Shown here one piece after another: positions 37,264 to 47,030 of a DNA stretch of 64,000 nucleotides (position 1 is its first letter; the number at the start of each line of letters is the position of its first letter). The stretch is taken from positions 3,040 through 67,039 of the forward strand of contig CACZNC010000003.1 of the NCBI GenBank assembly GCA_902782445.1, in the 5' to 3' direction. This DNA comes from an uncultured Ruminococcus sp. (GTDB lineage Bacteria; Bacillota; Clostridia; Oscillospirales; CAG-272). The notes under the pieces were generated by a model. That model was not told the origin of the DNA and ran no database searches. It saw only the letters and a program-made list of their open reading frames with translations. A program made the translations under genes and the position numbers.

Positions 37264-37908
37264 ATGAAAAAACTCATCTCTGTCCTGCTTGTCGGGATCA
37301 TGCTCAGCGCGGCGCTTGCCGTATGCGCGTCCGCCTCTTCCAACACTTACTACCCCGACTTTCAGGGAAGACCCGGTTTCCGTCCGCGCTTCACCATTCC
37401 GGTCCGCTGCACCGCGACCCTGACCGTCACCGACGAAAAGGGCAATGCCGTTGAAGGCGCGAAGTACACCCTCTACCGTCACGGAAGCAAGTTCGGCAGC
37501 CTGGACACCATCGTCGGCGAGTATGTCACCGACAAAGACGGCAAGATCTTTGTCACCCACCTCAGCCCCGACGAATACTTCTTCATGGCTGTCGGCGCTC
37601 CCAAAGGATTCGAGCAGGACACCGAGATCCACACCTTCAATGTTTACGGGAACGGCGTCGTCGCTCTGAAGGTCGTTCTCCTCGAAGAGAAGGTTGTTGA
37701 GCCCGTTGTGGAAGAAACCGCGGATGAACCCGCCATCGCCGATGAAGCCGTCGTCGTTGCCGAGGACGCCGCCATCGAAGCTGCTCCCGCCGAAGAGGCC
37801 GCTGCCATCGAAGCCGCTCCCGCCGAAGAGGCTGCCGCTGCCGAAGAGGCTCCTGCCGCTGATGCCGAAGCCGCCGTCGTCACTGAAACGGTCGAAATCG
37901 TCGCGTAA
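37264..37908 (+). CDS. Secreted protein with a SpaA/Cna-B-like (prealbumin-fold) domain and an Ala/Glu/Pro-rich repeat tail
   Basis: Signal peptide MKKLISVLLVGIMLSAALAVCASA. TVTDEKGNAVEGAKYTLY...YVTDKDGKIFVTHLSPDEYFF..AP.GF. A 33-bp tandem repeat (AIEAAPAEEAA, two copies) at about 37770-37835. No LPXTG motif is visible. Confidence 0.6.
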   Translation: MKKLISVLLVGIMLSAALAVCASASSNTYYPDFQGRPGFRPRFTIPVRCTATLTVTDEKGNAVEGAKYTLYRHGSKFGSLDTIVGEYVTDKDGKIFVTHLSPDEYFFMAVGAPKGFEQDTEIHTFNVYGNGVVALKVVLLEEKVVEPVVEETADEPAIADEAVVVAEDAAIEAAPAEEAAAIEAAPAEEAAAAEEAPAADAEAAVVTETVEIVA

Positions 37909-38159
37909 ATCCGTGTGAACGCCGGATATCCGGCAGAGTTCCGCAAAACGGAAAAATCATCCATCCACAGTGATTCGCTTCACTGACCTCCTTTCGGAAT
38001 GCCCCCTGACGTATGCTATTGCGTCCGGGGGCTTTTCCTTCCGGCGCTCTCCCCGGATGGGACGGAAAAAAGCGGGGCAGTTCTCCGCCGTCCCGCTTGT
38101 GAGTTTGTCTATTCGGGTCCGTTCCCGGGTCGGGATCAGGCCGATCCGGCCGGAAGAGT

Positions 38160-39887
38160 TCAGATCTTCCCTTCCCGGATCCGCGGTTCCACGTCCGCCA
38201 GCACCGTTCCTTCCCGATAAGATCCGATGCCGGAGGCGCGCACGTCCTCGATGAACCGCTCGGCTTCCTCGGCGCGGCCGGGAGCGTCTGCAGGCGTGTG
38301 AGCGAGGCGCACGTACCGGATCGACAGGCGCAGTTTCTTCACCCGGGCGAGGATCTTCTCGTTGTCGGCCATCCGCTCCGCCTCGTCGAAGATCGGCTCG
38401 GAGGCGTCGAGGAATTCGTCCGACAGATAGGGCTGATGCGGGCTGTCGTAGATATGCACGTGGACGTCCTCCGCCACCCCGGACTGGAGCAGGTCGTACC
38501 ACTGACGGACCGCCGGAGCCGCCATGCTGAAATACCCGGCGAGGAACTCGTCCACCAGGCGGTCGAAATCCAGTTCGGGATTCCACAGCAGCTTGGCCAG
38601 CACGTACTGCCGCAGGGGATTCAGTTCGCCGTGCTCGGGGACGGAATTCTCACCCTCCTCGAAGATGCCCGTGACGCCGTGGCGGATGAAGTACTGAATG
38701 TTCGGCTTCAGCACCTCGAAATCCGGGAAGGGCTGGATCGCGTGGGCGAAATTGGCGGTGTAGTCCCAGATGTGCAGGCGGTTCGAGATCGCGCTCCACC
38801 CTTCGAGATCGGCGGTGAAGGAGCCCTGTCCGCCCTCCGTCCCGGAAAGGGAGCAGGATTCCAGGGGATGCCCGAAGCAGCATTCGATGGAGCAGAGCCG
38901 GACGATTACGTTTTTACGCGGCTTCGTGATCTTCGGGGGCCTGCGGGTGTACTGGTAAGCCAGCGTGTCGACCGCGGTGTGGGGATAGTCCCCCTCGATA
39001 TCCTCCGCGATGGCGTTGACGAAGCGGAGCAGGGTCCCGGCATGGCTTCCCTCCTCTTCGTCCACCGCGCGGCACTTCTCGCACTGGCAGAAGAGCTGGT
39101 TGTCGTTCTGAGACACGGAGATGATGTCTGCATCGGGGCGGGAGGCGAGGATTCTCCGCACGTTCTTCTTCGCGATCTCCAGGACCTCGGGGTTGGTAAG
39201 GCAGGGCTGGGCGTATCCCCCCTGACGGACGCCGTTCCCGTTCTCATCGTACCGGAGCGCGAAGTATTCGGGATGTGAGGCAAAATATTCTTTCGGAGAC
39301 ACGATCTCGTCGAGGGAATGGACGAAGCGGGCATAGGTGACCTTGCCGCCCTCCGCGGGACCGAGCTGTCCGCTTTCCGCGTTGCACCGGTTCCGGGAAT
39401 AGAACGCGCCGTCGTTGTAGCGGAGCATGTAGGGGTCGCGGAATTCGAGCGGCGGGATGTAGCGTCGGTCGATCTCGGGCAGGGTGAGGTTCGCCCGCTT
39501 CGGGATATAGGAATCCTCTGCCGTAAACCACCGGCAGCCGAGATAATAATCGAGGAGCTCGTACACGGCGTAGAGCGCGCCCCGGACTTCCGATCCGGCG
39601 AGGACGAGGGTCTTCCCGACCGTTTTCAGCCAGACGCCCTCCGTTCCGAGCCCGGCGACGTCGATCCCGGCTCCGGCTGCGTTCAGCGCGTCCAGATGGG
39701 CGTTCGGCCCGACGACGATCTCCTCCTCCGACGGCTTCTCGGTGTCGAAGGCGACGGGGAAATTCGCTCCGGTGATTTCACCGAGGAACCGTTTCAGTTC
39801 TTCCGCGGCGTGAAACACGGACGGTGACGCGTGCGCGGAGATGACGATGCGGTAGTTTGTCTTTCCGTTTCCTGCAAGTGTCAGCAT
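38160..39887 (-). CDS. DUF4838-like glycan-active protein
   Basis: The N-terminus NYRIVISAHASPSVFHAAEELKRFLGEITG is the pattern I associate with DUF4838 proteins. 575 aa. Confidence 0.6.
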   Translation of the reverse strand: MLTLAGNGKTNYRIVISAHASPSVFHAAEELKRFLGEITGANFPVAFDTEKPSEEEIVVGPNAHLDALNAAGAGIDVAGLGTEGVWLKTVGKTLVLAGSEVRGALYAVYELLDYYLGCRWFTAEDSYIPKRANLTLPEIDRRYIPPLEFRDPYMLRYNDGAFYSRNRCNAESGQLGPAEGGKVTYARFVHSLDEIVSPKEYFASHPEYFALRYDENGNGVRQGGYAQPCLTNPEVLEIAKKNVRRILASRPDADIISVSQNDNQLFCQCEKCRAVDEEEGSHAGTLLRFVNAIAEDIEGDYPHTAVDTLAYQYTRRPPKITKPRKNVIVRLCSIECCFGHPLESCSLSGTEGGQGSFTADLEGWSAISNRLHIWDYTANFAHAIQPFPDFEVLKPNIQYFIRHGVTGIFEEGENSVPEHGELNPLRQYVLAKLLWNPELDFDRLVDEFLAGYFSMAAPAVRQWYDLLQSGVAEDVHVHIYDSPHQPYLSDEFLDASEPIFDEAERMADNEKILARVKKLRLSIRYVRLAHTPADAPGRAEEAERFIEDVRASGIGSYREGTVLADVEPRIREGKI

Positions 39888-39987
39888 GACGACCTCCTGG
39901 GGATGGTGATTTTTTTGTTCATTTTAACATAGAAGCCGGAAGAATGCAAGCCGTTTTGAGCGAAAAAGCGGAATTTCCCGCCCCCCC

Positions 39988-40037
39988 AAAAAAGCAGCCC
40001 TGGACCGGGGAGGATCCTGCTTCCCGAATCAGGGCTG
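39988..40037 (-). terminator. Intrinsic terminator downstream of the heparinase-like gene
   Basis: On the minus strand: CAGCCCTG ... CAGGGCTG-C-TTTTTT (stems at 40030-40037 and 39995-40002). Confidence 0.6.
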
Positions 40038-40060
40038 TATTGCGGAAACGGACCGCGCCT

Positions 40061-42013
40061 TTACTCCTGCACCGTGACCCTGCTCCCGTCTCTCAGTACG
40101 ATCACAAAATCTTCGGCAGAGACCTCGCCGGACGCCTCGACGGACCGGACCGGAGGTTCCCCGTCCGCATAGGGGCAGAGAACGGTGACGACCCTCTCCG
40201 ATTTTTCAAAGCGGAACGTGTTGAGCACCGTCGGGATGGCGTCATGCTCCACGTCTCCGATCCCGAATTTCGGAAGCCACCCCTGGAACACGGGCGTTTT
40301 GACCCCGCGCCAGAGCTGGATGCCGCCCAGCGAGGACGCGACGGTGAGGCCGACCCCGTCCGGGTGCGTGTTGTGAACGGAACGGCCCTCCGTCAAAGTC
40401 GGATTGTCGTGCAGGTGCCAGATCAGTTCGCAGTCGTGGGCTCCGTCGGCCTCGAACCGGTCGACCGAGACGAACATCGGCGGCAGTCCCGATTCGTTTT
40501 TCAGAAAGATCAGCTTCCGCGTGTGCTTCACCGGGATCTTGCCGGGGCCGTATCCTTCGGAATAGGACGCCTCGGCCCACTCGCGGGTTTCGCCGGTCTC
40601 GAAGCGGACCTCCGCTTTTTTTGCAATGTCCTCCGGCGACCAGGAATACCCGTCCCGGCGGTTCTGATCGAAGCCGTCGACGCGGGCGGTGTTGTGTCCC
40701 CGGGTGGAGAGCACATAGCGGCGCATTTCGGAGGTGTCGTAATCGAAGGTCCCGGCCTCCGGCATCAGTTCGTGCCCGTAAGCCCAGATCTGCACGCTGA
40801 GCTTGTCCTCGTGCTGGTGCGCCTTTCCGAAGGGGGAGGCGTCCATGTAGGCCCAGAGGGCGTCCTTCTCCCATCCCGAGCGGAAAATGACCATACCGCT
40901 GTATTCAAGAAGCAGGGATTTGTATTCCGGCGGCTCCCCTTCCGCGCGCTCGGAGGCGAAATAGCGGTATTCCTCTTTCTCCGGCAGATACAAAAGGGCG
41001 TCTTTCAGAATCTGCGCGGCGTTCTCCCTGCCGCTGTCGTTGACGGCCGGGGTGCACAGATCGGGGGCGGCGATCTTCGGATAGACCGAATACATTCTCT
41101 CCATCCCCTCGAGCAGATAGGGCGGGACCTCGCTTCCGTGGAGGCGGATCATGTCGACGACGTCCTCGTAATTGCCGACGCAGACCTGGTGATACCCGGG
41201 CGTCAGTTCGTACTGCATCCCGTCGGGGTAGACCTGCGCCTTGATCTCCCCTTCCAGCCGGGAATGGGCGTAAGCCAGCCATTCCGCGCTCTCACGGAAG
41301 AAGGGGAAGAACAGCCCGACGCGGCCGAGCCCGTGCATTTCCATGATGAGCCAGTTGTGGGAGGTGCAGAAATTCCTGAGCCGCCAGCCGTGCTCCCAGA
41401 TCGACTTGCAGAAGACGGTCAGCGTTTCGTCGTCGACGGCGTCAAGGAAGGCGTGGATCACGTAGGTCCACCGCTTCATGCGGATACCGGCCTCGATCGT
41501 CCGCCAGCATACCGTGGCGAATCCGCTTTCGTTTTCCGGCACCTGCGCCTGGATCGCCCAGCTCATGAACTGCTTCGACCATTCGGCGGGGATCGCCGCG
41601 TCCCCCGTGAGGAGGTAGTTCTTCGCCATCGACACCCACTCCGGGTGACGGTTCAGCTGCCACGGCCATTCGCAGTAGTTGTTGTAGGTGGGATTGGCGG
41701 TCCAGTCGATCGTTTCGCCGAAGGTATGGGGGACCCGGCAGGAGACGAAGGTGTGCTCCATCGCCATCCTGCACTCTTCGGTGATCTGTTCCGCCTGGGG
41801 CTGCAGCCGTTCCTTCTCGCCCCGGAGATACACGTCCGGGCGGAGGGTCCTTCGAAGATAAGCGGCAAAGCGGCGTTTTGCTTCCGCATACTCCCCTTTT
41901 TCGGCCAGCTCCGCGAGGGGCGCGAGCGCGGGCACGGACGGATCCAGGCATTCCGTAAAAAACCGACGGTCTGTCAGACGGGTGTTTTCCATAACGGGCA
42001 GTCCTTTCCTCAT
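40061..42013 (-). CDS. Heparinase II/III-family polysaccharide lyase-like protein
   Basis: SHNWLIMEMHGL in the N-terminal alpha/alpha toroid, and GKAHQHEDKLSVQIWAYG..L...G in the C-terminal heparinase II/III domain. Confidence 0.75.
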   Translation of the reverse strand: MRKGLPVMENTRLTDRRFFTECLDPSVPALAPLAELAEKGEYAEAKRRFAAYLRRTLRPDVYLRGEKERLQPQAEQITEECRMAMEHTFVSCRVPHTFGETIDWTANPTYNNYCEWPWQLNRHPEWVSMAKNYLLTGDAAIPAEWSKQFMSWAIQAQVPENESGFATVCWRTIEAGIRMKRWTYVIHAFLDAVDDETLTVFCKSIWEHGWRLRNFCTSHNWLIMEMHGLGRVGLFFPFFRESAEWLAYAHSRLEGEIKAQVYPDGMQYELTPGYHQVCVGNYEDVVDMIRLHGSEVPPYLLEGMERMYSVYPKIAAPDLCTPAVNDSGRENAAQILKDALLYLPEKEEYRYFASERAEGEPPEYKSLLLEYSGMVIFRSGWEKDALWAYMDASPFGKAHQHEDKLSVQIWAYGHELMPEAGTFDYDTSEMRRYVLSTRGHNTARVDGFDQNRRDGYSWSPEDIAKKAEVRFETGETREWAEASYSEGYGPGKIPVKHTRKLIFLKNESGLPPMFVSVDRFEADGAHDCELIWHLHDNPTLTEGRSVHNTHPDGVGLTVASSLGGIQLWRGVKTPVFQGWLPKFGIGDVEHDAIPTVLNTFRFEKSERVVTVLCPYADGEPPVRSVEASGEVSAEDFVIVLRDGSRVTVQE

Positions 42014-42198
42014 ACGGGATTTTCAGATTTCTTTCGGGCCTTCTGACCGTATTATAGCGGAAAAGGATCGCTGTGTCAACCGGCAGAGGACGAAAGACCG
42101 GACGCAGCTTCCGGGACAGGAAATGTCTTTGTTCACAGTTTCGTAAAGAATATGTGGTATGATAGGAATGGAGTTTCTGTGAAAAGGAAGGTGAGCGC

Positions 42199-42906
42199 AT
42201 GATCGGCATCACACTCGACGTGGAACGCATCGACTACGACAAAAGCGTGGAAGGACTTCTTCCCTCCGTTCTCGGCTGGATCGCCGGAAACGAAAAACTG
42301 AGGGAAGCGGACAAATTCGTGAAAAAGCTCGGCCCGGACGCTGTCCCGGTGGTGAAAAAACTGCTCGGATATCTGGACGGAGACGCGAAGGACGAGATCA
42401 TCGTCTGGCTCCTCTCCCGGCACAGGGAACAGCTGACCCGGTCGGCGGCGGAGTATCTGGACGGCGTCTTTCCGGGGGTCTTCCGGATCGGGGAGTTCTC
42501 CGCGGAAAACAAACCGGGGAGCCGCCTGATTTTCCGCGCGGACCGGGTAGAAGTCCGCTATGCCTCCCTGCTCGACAGCCCGCTGGTGTCGGACAGACTG
42601 GGGGATCCGGGACTGGGACTGCTGAAAGGCGCCGCAAAGCTTCTGACCTTTCTCCCCCAGGATAAGCTGGAAGAACAGGGGATCGCCCTGCTCCAGACGG
42701 AACCGGTCCGGACGAAGATTCTCTCCGCCCTGCAGGCCGGGTTTGAAAAGGCGGGACTGTACGCGGAGATCCGCTCCATGACCGTGAAAACGGGAGAAGT
42801 GTTTCCCGCCCCGCCCGCGGCCGAACCGGAGGACGGGATCATCCCCGACGCCTTCGAGGACGCGCTGTTCGACGGGGTCGCCGCCTGGCTCAGAGGGACG
42901 CTGTGA
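42199..42906 (+). CDS. Hypothetical protein
   Basis: 235-aa ORF with coding-like composition, transcribed divergently from the lyase gene. I recognised no motif. Confidence 0.5.
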   Translation: MIGITLDVERIDYDKSVEGLLPSVLGWIAGNEKLREADKFVKKLGPDAVPVVKKLLGYLDGDAKDEIIVWLLSRHREQLTRSAAEYLDGVFPGVFRIGEFSAENKPGSRLIFRADRVEVRYASLLDSPLVSDRLGDPGLGLLKGAAKLLTFLPQDKLEEQGIALLQTEPVRTKILSALQAGFEKAGLYAEIRSMTVKTGEVFPAPPAAEPEDGIIPDAFEDALFDGVAAWLRGTL

Positions 42907-42993
42907 GAAAAGCCGGCCTGAACGGTCAAATCCGCTTGCAAAACCGATCCGTTTGATGTATAATTGAATCACACCACTATCAGGAGGTTCGAT

Positions 42994-44532
42994 ATGAAAA
43001 AGCGAAACCGGTTCCAGTCCATTTTCCTCTTTGTCCTCGTCCTCCTCGTACTTCTTCCCTCGATCGCCGCCTGTTCCCAGACCCCGCAGAACGCGGACGA
43101 GGCCGCTCCGGCCGAAAATCAGGATGCCACAGACGCCCCTGCCGCCGTTCCGGAAGAGGAGGAGAAAAAGCTCCTGCCCGATCTTCCCGAGGATCTCGAT
43201 TACGCAGGCGCGACCGTCACGATCATGCAGCATCCCTTCTCCGCCGGAGACTGGGCGGACTGGCTGAGCCGGGACATCTGGTCCGACGGACTCACCGGCG
43301 AGCCGATCAACGACGCCGTCTTCCAGCGGAACGCCTACGTGGAGGAGACGCTGAACGTCACCATCAAAGCGGAAGACGTCGCCAACATGCCCGACATGAT
43401 CCAGAAGCAGGTCACGTCCGGTTCCGGGGACTACAATATCTCCACCGCCCGGATCCAGTCCCTGCCGACAACCGTCACCAAGGGGTATCTGGTCAATCTC
43501 TACAACATGCCCCATGTGGATCTGGAAAAACCCTGGTACGACGAACGCTGCATCGCCGACGCTTCCTACTACGGACTGCTGTACTACATCACCGGCGACA
43601 TGATCATCCTCGACGACGACTCGACGGGGGCGATGGTCTTCAACAAGCAGCTGATCGGCGACTATCACCTCGAAAGCCCCTACGATCTCGTACAGGAAGG
43701 GACCTGGACCCTCGACAAGATGGCCGAAATGGCGAACACCGTCGCGGAAGATCTGAACGGCAACGGAGAGGTGGATATCGAAGAGGACCGCTTCGGCATC
43801 CTCTGGCAGAGGGACGCCATCGTCAGCTTCATGCACGGGAGCAACGCCCGGATCGTCGACAAGAACGCCGACGGGGATCCCGAATACACGATCACCTCGG
43901 AACACGCTCAGGACGTCTTCGACAAGATCGACCAGATCTTCTTCGATCCGACGGTGGTCCAGAACATGCACAACTACTCCTCGAAGTACCCGGATATCTA
44001 CGTAGGCGAGGCGAACATCTTCCGCGCCAACAACGCCCTCTTCATGTGGCTCAGAATGCGGGTGGCCCAGAACCTGCGCGACATGGAGGCGGACTTCGGG
44101 ATCATCCCCGTGCCGAAATACGACGAGGCGCAGGAACAGTATTTCAGCACCGTTACCAAGTACACCGCCGCCACCGTCTGCATCCCGAACACCTCCGCCA
44201 TCGACTGGGACATGACCGGCGCGGTGGTGGAACTGATGAACGCGGAAGGGCACTACGGTCTCCACGAGGCGTATTACGAGAACAACCTCGGCAGTAAGAT
44301 CTCCCGCGACGTGCAGTCGACGGAAATGCTGGACCTGATTTTCTCTAACCGCATCTACGACGCCGGTGAGATCTACGAGCTCGGGTCCATTTCCAGCAAT
44401 CTGTACTCCCGGTCGGCCGAAAGCGGGATCAACCTCGCCACTCTGCTCGCCCAGTATTCGAAGATGATGGCGAAGTCCCTCGAGAAGAGCTTCATGACCC
44501 CGCTGAAAGCCCTCGCGGAAGCCGGGAACTGA
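42994..44532 (+). CDS. Lipoprotein, carbohydrate-type ABC solute-binding protein (SBP paralog 2)
   Basis: AGGAGG RBS. Lipobox PSIAAC. EKPWYD, LNGNGEVDIEEDRFG and DFGIIPVPKYDEAQ. Confidence 0.85.
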   Translation: MKKRNRFQSIFLFVLVLLVLLPSIAACSQTPQNADEAAPAENQDATDAPAAVPEEEEKKLLPDLPEDLDYAGATVTIMQHPFSAGDWADWLSRDIWSDGLTGEPINDAVFQRNAYVEETLNVTIKAEDVANMPDMIQKQVTSGSGDYNISTARIQSLPTTVTKGYLVNLYNMPHVDLEKPWYDERCIADASYYGLLYYITGDMIILDDDSTGAMVFNKQLIGDYHLESPYDLVQEGTWTLDKMAEMANTVAEDLNGNGEVDIEEDRFGILWQRDAIVSFMHGSNARIVDKNADGDPEYTITSEHAQDVFDKIDQIFFDPTVVQNMHNYSSKYPDIYVGEANIFRANNALFMWLRMRVAQNLRDMEADFGIIPVPKYDEAQEQYFSTVTKYTAATVCIPNTSAIDWDMTGAVVELMNAEGHYGLHEAYYENNLGSKISRDVQSTEMLDLIFSNRIYDAGEIYELGSISSNLYSRSAESGINLATLLAQYSKMMAKSLEKSFMTPLKALAEAGN

Positions 44533-44695
44533 ACGCTTCGTTTCAAACCGGTCTCCCGCTCCTGTCCGTTCCTGTTCTGAAAATCAAAGGGGACTGTGAC
44601 GCCGATGACGCCCTGTTCCCTTCCCCCGTTTTTTTCCTGCGCTTCGTGATATAATATGAAGCGGGAGCCGGTTCAGCCCTCAGAAGGAGGTTCTT

Positions 44696-45025
44696 ATGTA
44701 CGAAACACGTCTGGCTCAGTTTGTCACCGACCTGTATGCCGTTCTGGGCGAAAAACTGGAAAGCGTTATTCTGTACGGCTCGGAAGCCCGCGGAACCGCT
44801 TCGGAAGACTCCGACATCGACATCGTGATTCTTCTCCGCGATCCCCTCACCGGGGTTGAAAACGAAAGGATGTCCGACCTGATCGTCGACTTCAATATCG
44901 ACACAGGCAGGGTCCTTTCCGTCATTGACGTTTCAAAGGACGACTATCTGAAATGGGGAGGCACCATGCCTTTTTTCCAGAACCTCAGCAGAGAGGGCCG
45001 CGCGTTATGGACGACAACGGCATGA
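44696..45025 (+). CDS. Minimal nucleotidyltransferase (MNT/MntA-like antitoxin)
   Basis: ILYGSEARGTASEDSDIDIVILL is the GS-x10-DxD signature. GAAGGAGG RBS. Confidence 0.85.
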   Translation: MYETRLAQFVTDLYAVLGEKLESVILYGSEARGTASEDSDIDIVILLRDPLTGVENERMSDLIVDFNIDTGRVLSVIDVSKDDYLKWGGTMPFFQNLSREGRALWTTTA

Positions 45026-45417
45026 CCTCCGTGATCGGACAAAGGCTCAGGAAAGCCCGGGAAAATCTCTCCGCTTCGCAGCTGCTCCTTGCCGGGAGGT
45101 TTTTCAACGAGTCGGTCAACAGATCGTACTACGCCGTCTTTCATGCCATCCAGGCCGTCGTTGCCGTGAAAGGATTCGATTCCGCCAAGCATTCCGGCAT
45201 CATTGCCTTCTTCAACGCCGAATTCGTAAAAACCGGAATCTTCGATAAGCAGATCTCGAAGATCATCGACCTCGCTTTTCGGATGCGCGAGAAATCGGAC
45301 TATTTCGACGTCCCGGAAGACGATGCGGCCGATCTGCTCGGCAAAGCCCATTTTGTCATTTCAGAAGTTGAGACGTGGCTGATATCGGAAGGACACGTAA
45401 AGGAAGAACGGGACTGA
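45022..45417 (+). CDS. HEPN-domain protein (partner of the MNT protein)
   Basis: ATGA overlap with the MNT gene; ATG 45007 is an alternative start. ARENLSASQLLLAGRFFNESVNRSYYAVFHA...FRMREKSDY. Confidence 0.8.
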   Translation: MTSVIGQRLRKARENLSASQLLLAGRFFNESVNRSYYAVFHAIQAVVAVKGFDSAKHSGIIAFFNAEFVKTGIFDKQISKIIDLAFRMREKSDYFDVPEDDAADLLGKAHFVISEVETWLISEGHVKEERD

Positions 45418-45600
45418 ACCGGAGCGGGACAAATCCGACCGGACCGGAGGGTGCTGTATTCCCCCGTTACTCCGCGCGGCGGACAAAACCTATTCAAAAG
45501 AGATCGTGGTTTCGTTTTGAAATCCCGATCTCCTTGTTTTATGGGGAAACTGCGCAGCGCTTCTTTCTTTCGGCAACGGCGGACGCTGCTCCGCATGCGA

Positions 45601-46878
45601 TCACGAGTCCGCGCGGTCTTTACGGATCCCGACAGCTTCCTGAACGCGCCGGATGTCAATGCTGCGGCTGCCGCAGTGATTTTCGCTCATCAGCGATGCG
45701 GCGATCCCCGCGGCGTGTCCCATCGCCATGCAGATCCGCATTACCCGGTAGGAGGCGTGCGCCCGGTGATCCCCGGAGATACAGCGTCCCGCCGTCAGCA
45801 GATTGTCGAATCCCGCGGGGGTCAGGGAGCGGTACGGGATCTCATAGGGTTTCGGGTTATAGGGGCATCCGTCCCTTTCCGCCTGTCCCGCTCCGTCTGG
45901 GTTGTGGATATCAATGCAGAAGAACGCGTCCGTGACGACCGCGTCGTCGAAGCGTCTGCCCGCGAAAAGATCCTCCGCGCTCAGAACATAGTCCCCGATC
46001 ACGCGGCGCGATTCTCTGACGCCCGTCGTGGTACAGCTCCCGTTGACCCGGATCCGCTCAAAACCCGGTATGTACTTTTGAAGAAAGAGCACGACTTTCC
46101 TGACCTGTTCCCGGAGCTCGTATTCCGCTTCGGCCAGGGATCTCGGATCGAGGGGGTACACGCGGTTCATCTGGGTGGCGTTGACCATGCGCTCCCCTTT
46201 TCTTCCGGTCAGATACAGCCGCACGATGTTGACGGACGCCGGGAGTTCTCCGCTTGCGCAGGCTTTATGACAGAGATCGAGGTATTCCCTCCCGTCCCCG
46301 AGATCCTGCCAGTCCTCTTCGTGGCGGCAGACGAGCCCGGTATCCGGTTCGATCCCCTCGACCGTGAACATGATCGACAGGGGCTGGACAAGTCCGTCGG
46401 AATCCCGTCCGATGGCGAATTCCGCTCCGGCGGCGGAGGAAAGATCGCCGTCCCCCGTCGCGTCCACATAGGAGTCCGCCGTCAGGGAGAACTCCTCTCC
46501 GTGGGAGGCTGCAAGGACGGATTCGATGCGGCGGCGTCCCTCCGGGGTCGGGGATGTGACGGCGGATACGGCCTGCGTCTGCAGATAGACGTCGATCCCG
46601 GCCTCGTGGACCATTTCCGAAAGGACGATCTTCGCCGCTTCCACCGGGGAGCAGAAGGACTCCGCCTCAGCGATCCGCTTTTCGATCTCGCGTCCGACCG
46701 TCTCGTTCCCGACGCTGCCCAGAAACGGGCGGACGTAGGAGGAGGTCATTCCCCCGCCCAGGCATCCGTACCGTTCGAGCAGAGCCGTTTTTCTTCCTTC
46801 CCGGGCGGCGGCAAGGGATGCGGCGATCCCGGCAGGACCGCTTCCGACGACCAGAACGTCGTATTTCTCTTTTTTCAC
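45601..46878 (-). CDS. FAD-dependent oxidoreductase (FAD_oxidored/GIDA-like)
   Basis: GTG 46878 is preceded by a GGAGGG RBS. YDVLVVGSGPAGIAASLAAAREG. Consensus TTGACA-17-TATAAT promoter on the minus strand at about 46917-46945. Confidence 0.8.
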   Translation of the reverse strand: MKKEKYDVLVVGSGPAGIAASLAAAREGRKTALLERYGCLGGGMTSSYVRPFLGSVGNETVGREIEKRIAEAESFCSPVEAAKIVLSEMVHEAGIDVYLQTQAVSAVTSPTPEGRRRIESVLAASHGEEFSLTADSYVDATGDGDLSSAAGAEFAIGRDSDGLVQPLSIMFTVEGIEPDTGLVCRHEEDWQDLGDGREYLDLCHKACASGELPASVNIVRLYLTGRKGERMVNATQMNRVYPLDPRSLAEAEYELREQVRKVVLFLQKYIPGFERIRVNGSCTTTGVRESRRVIGDYVLSAEDLFAGRRFDDAVVTDAFFCIDIHNPDGAGQAERDGCPYNPKPYEIPYRSLTPAGFDNLLTAGRCISGDHRAHASYRVMRICMAMGHAAGIAASLMSENHCGSRSIDIRRVQEAVGIRKDRADS

Positions 46879-47030
46879 GAAAATACCCTCCGTTTCCGCG
46901 GTTCGGATCATTTTTTGTTCATTATACAGGAAACCCGGAGCCCTGTCAACAGCCCGCAGGGAAAAGACCGGGCGGCCGATGAGATTGCGGATCTGTCCGG
47001 CAGACCAAGTTTCCGCTGTCGGGAGCTCTT

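Noticed and set aside
37770-37860. Tandem repeats as a possible CRISPR or minisatellite array
   Set aside because: These are in-frame 33-bp coding repeats (AIEAAPAEEAA) within a secreted protein. There is no spacer-repeat architecture, and no CRISPR array was seen anywhere in the window.
39944-42046. 700-aa plus-strand ORF
   Set aside because: It is antisense to the heparinase II/III-like gene, which carries clear family motifs. The plus-strand product is rich in Arg, Gly, Pro and Val and has no motifs.
42133-44265. 710-aa minus-strand ORF
   Set aside because: It is antisense to the gene at 42199-42906 and to SBP paralog 2, and shows the same GC3-driven shadow-ORF signature.
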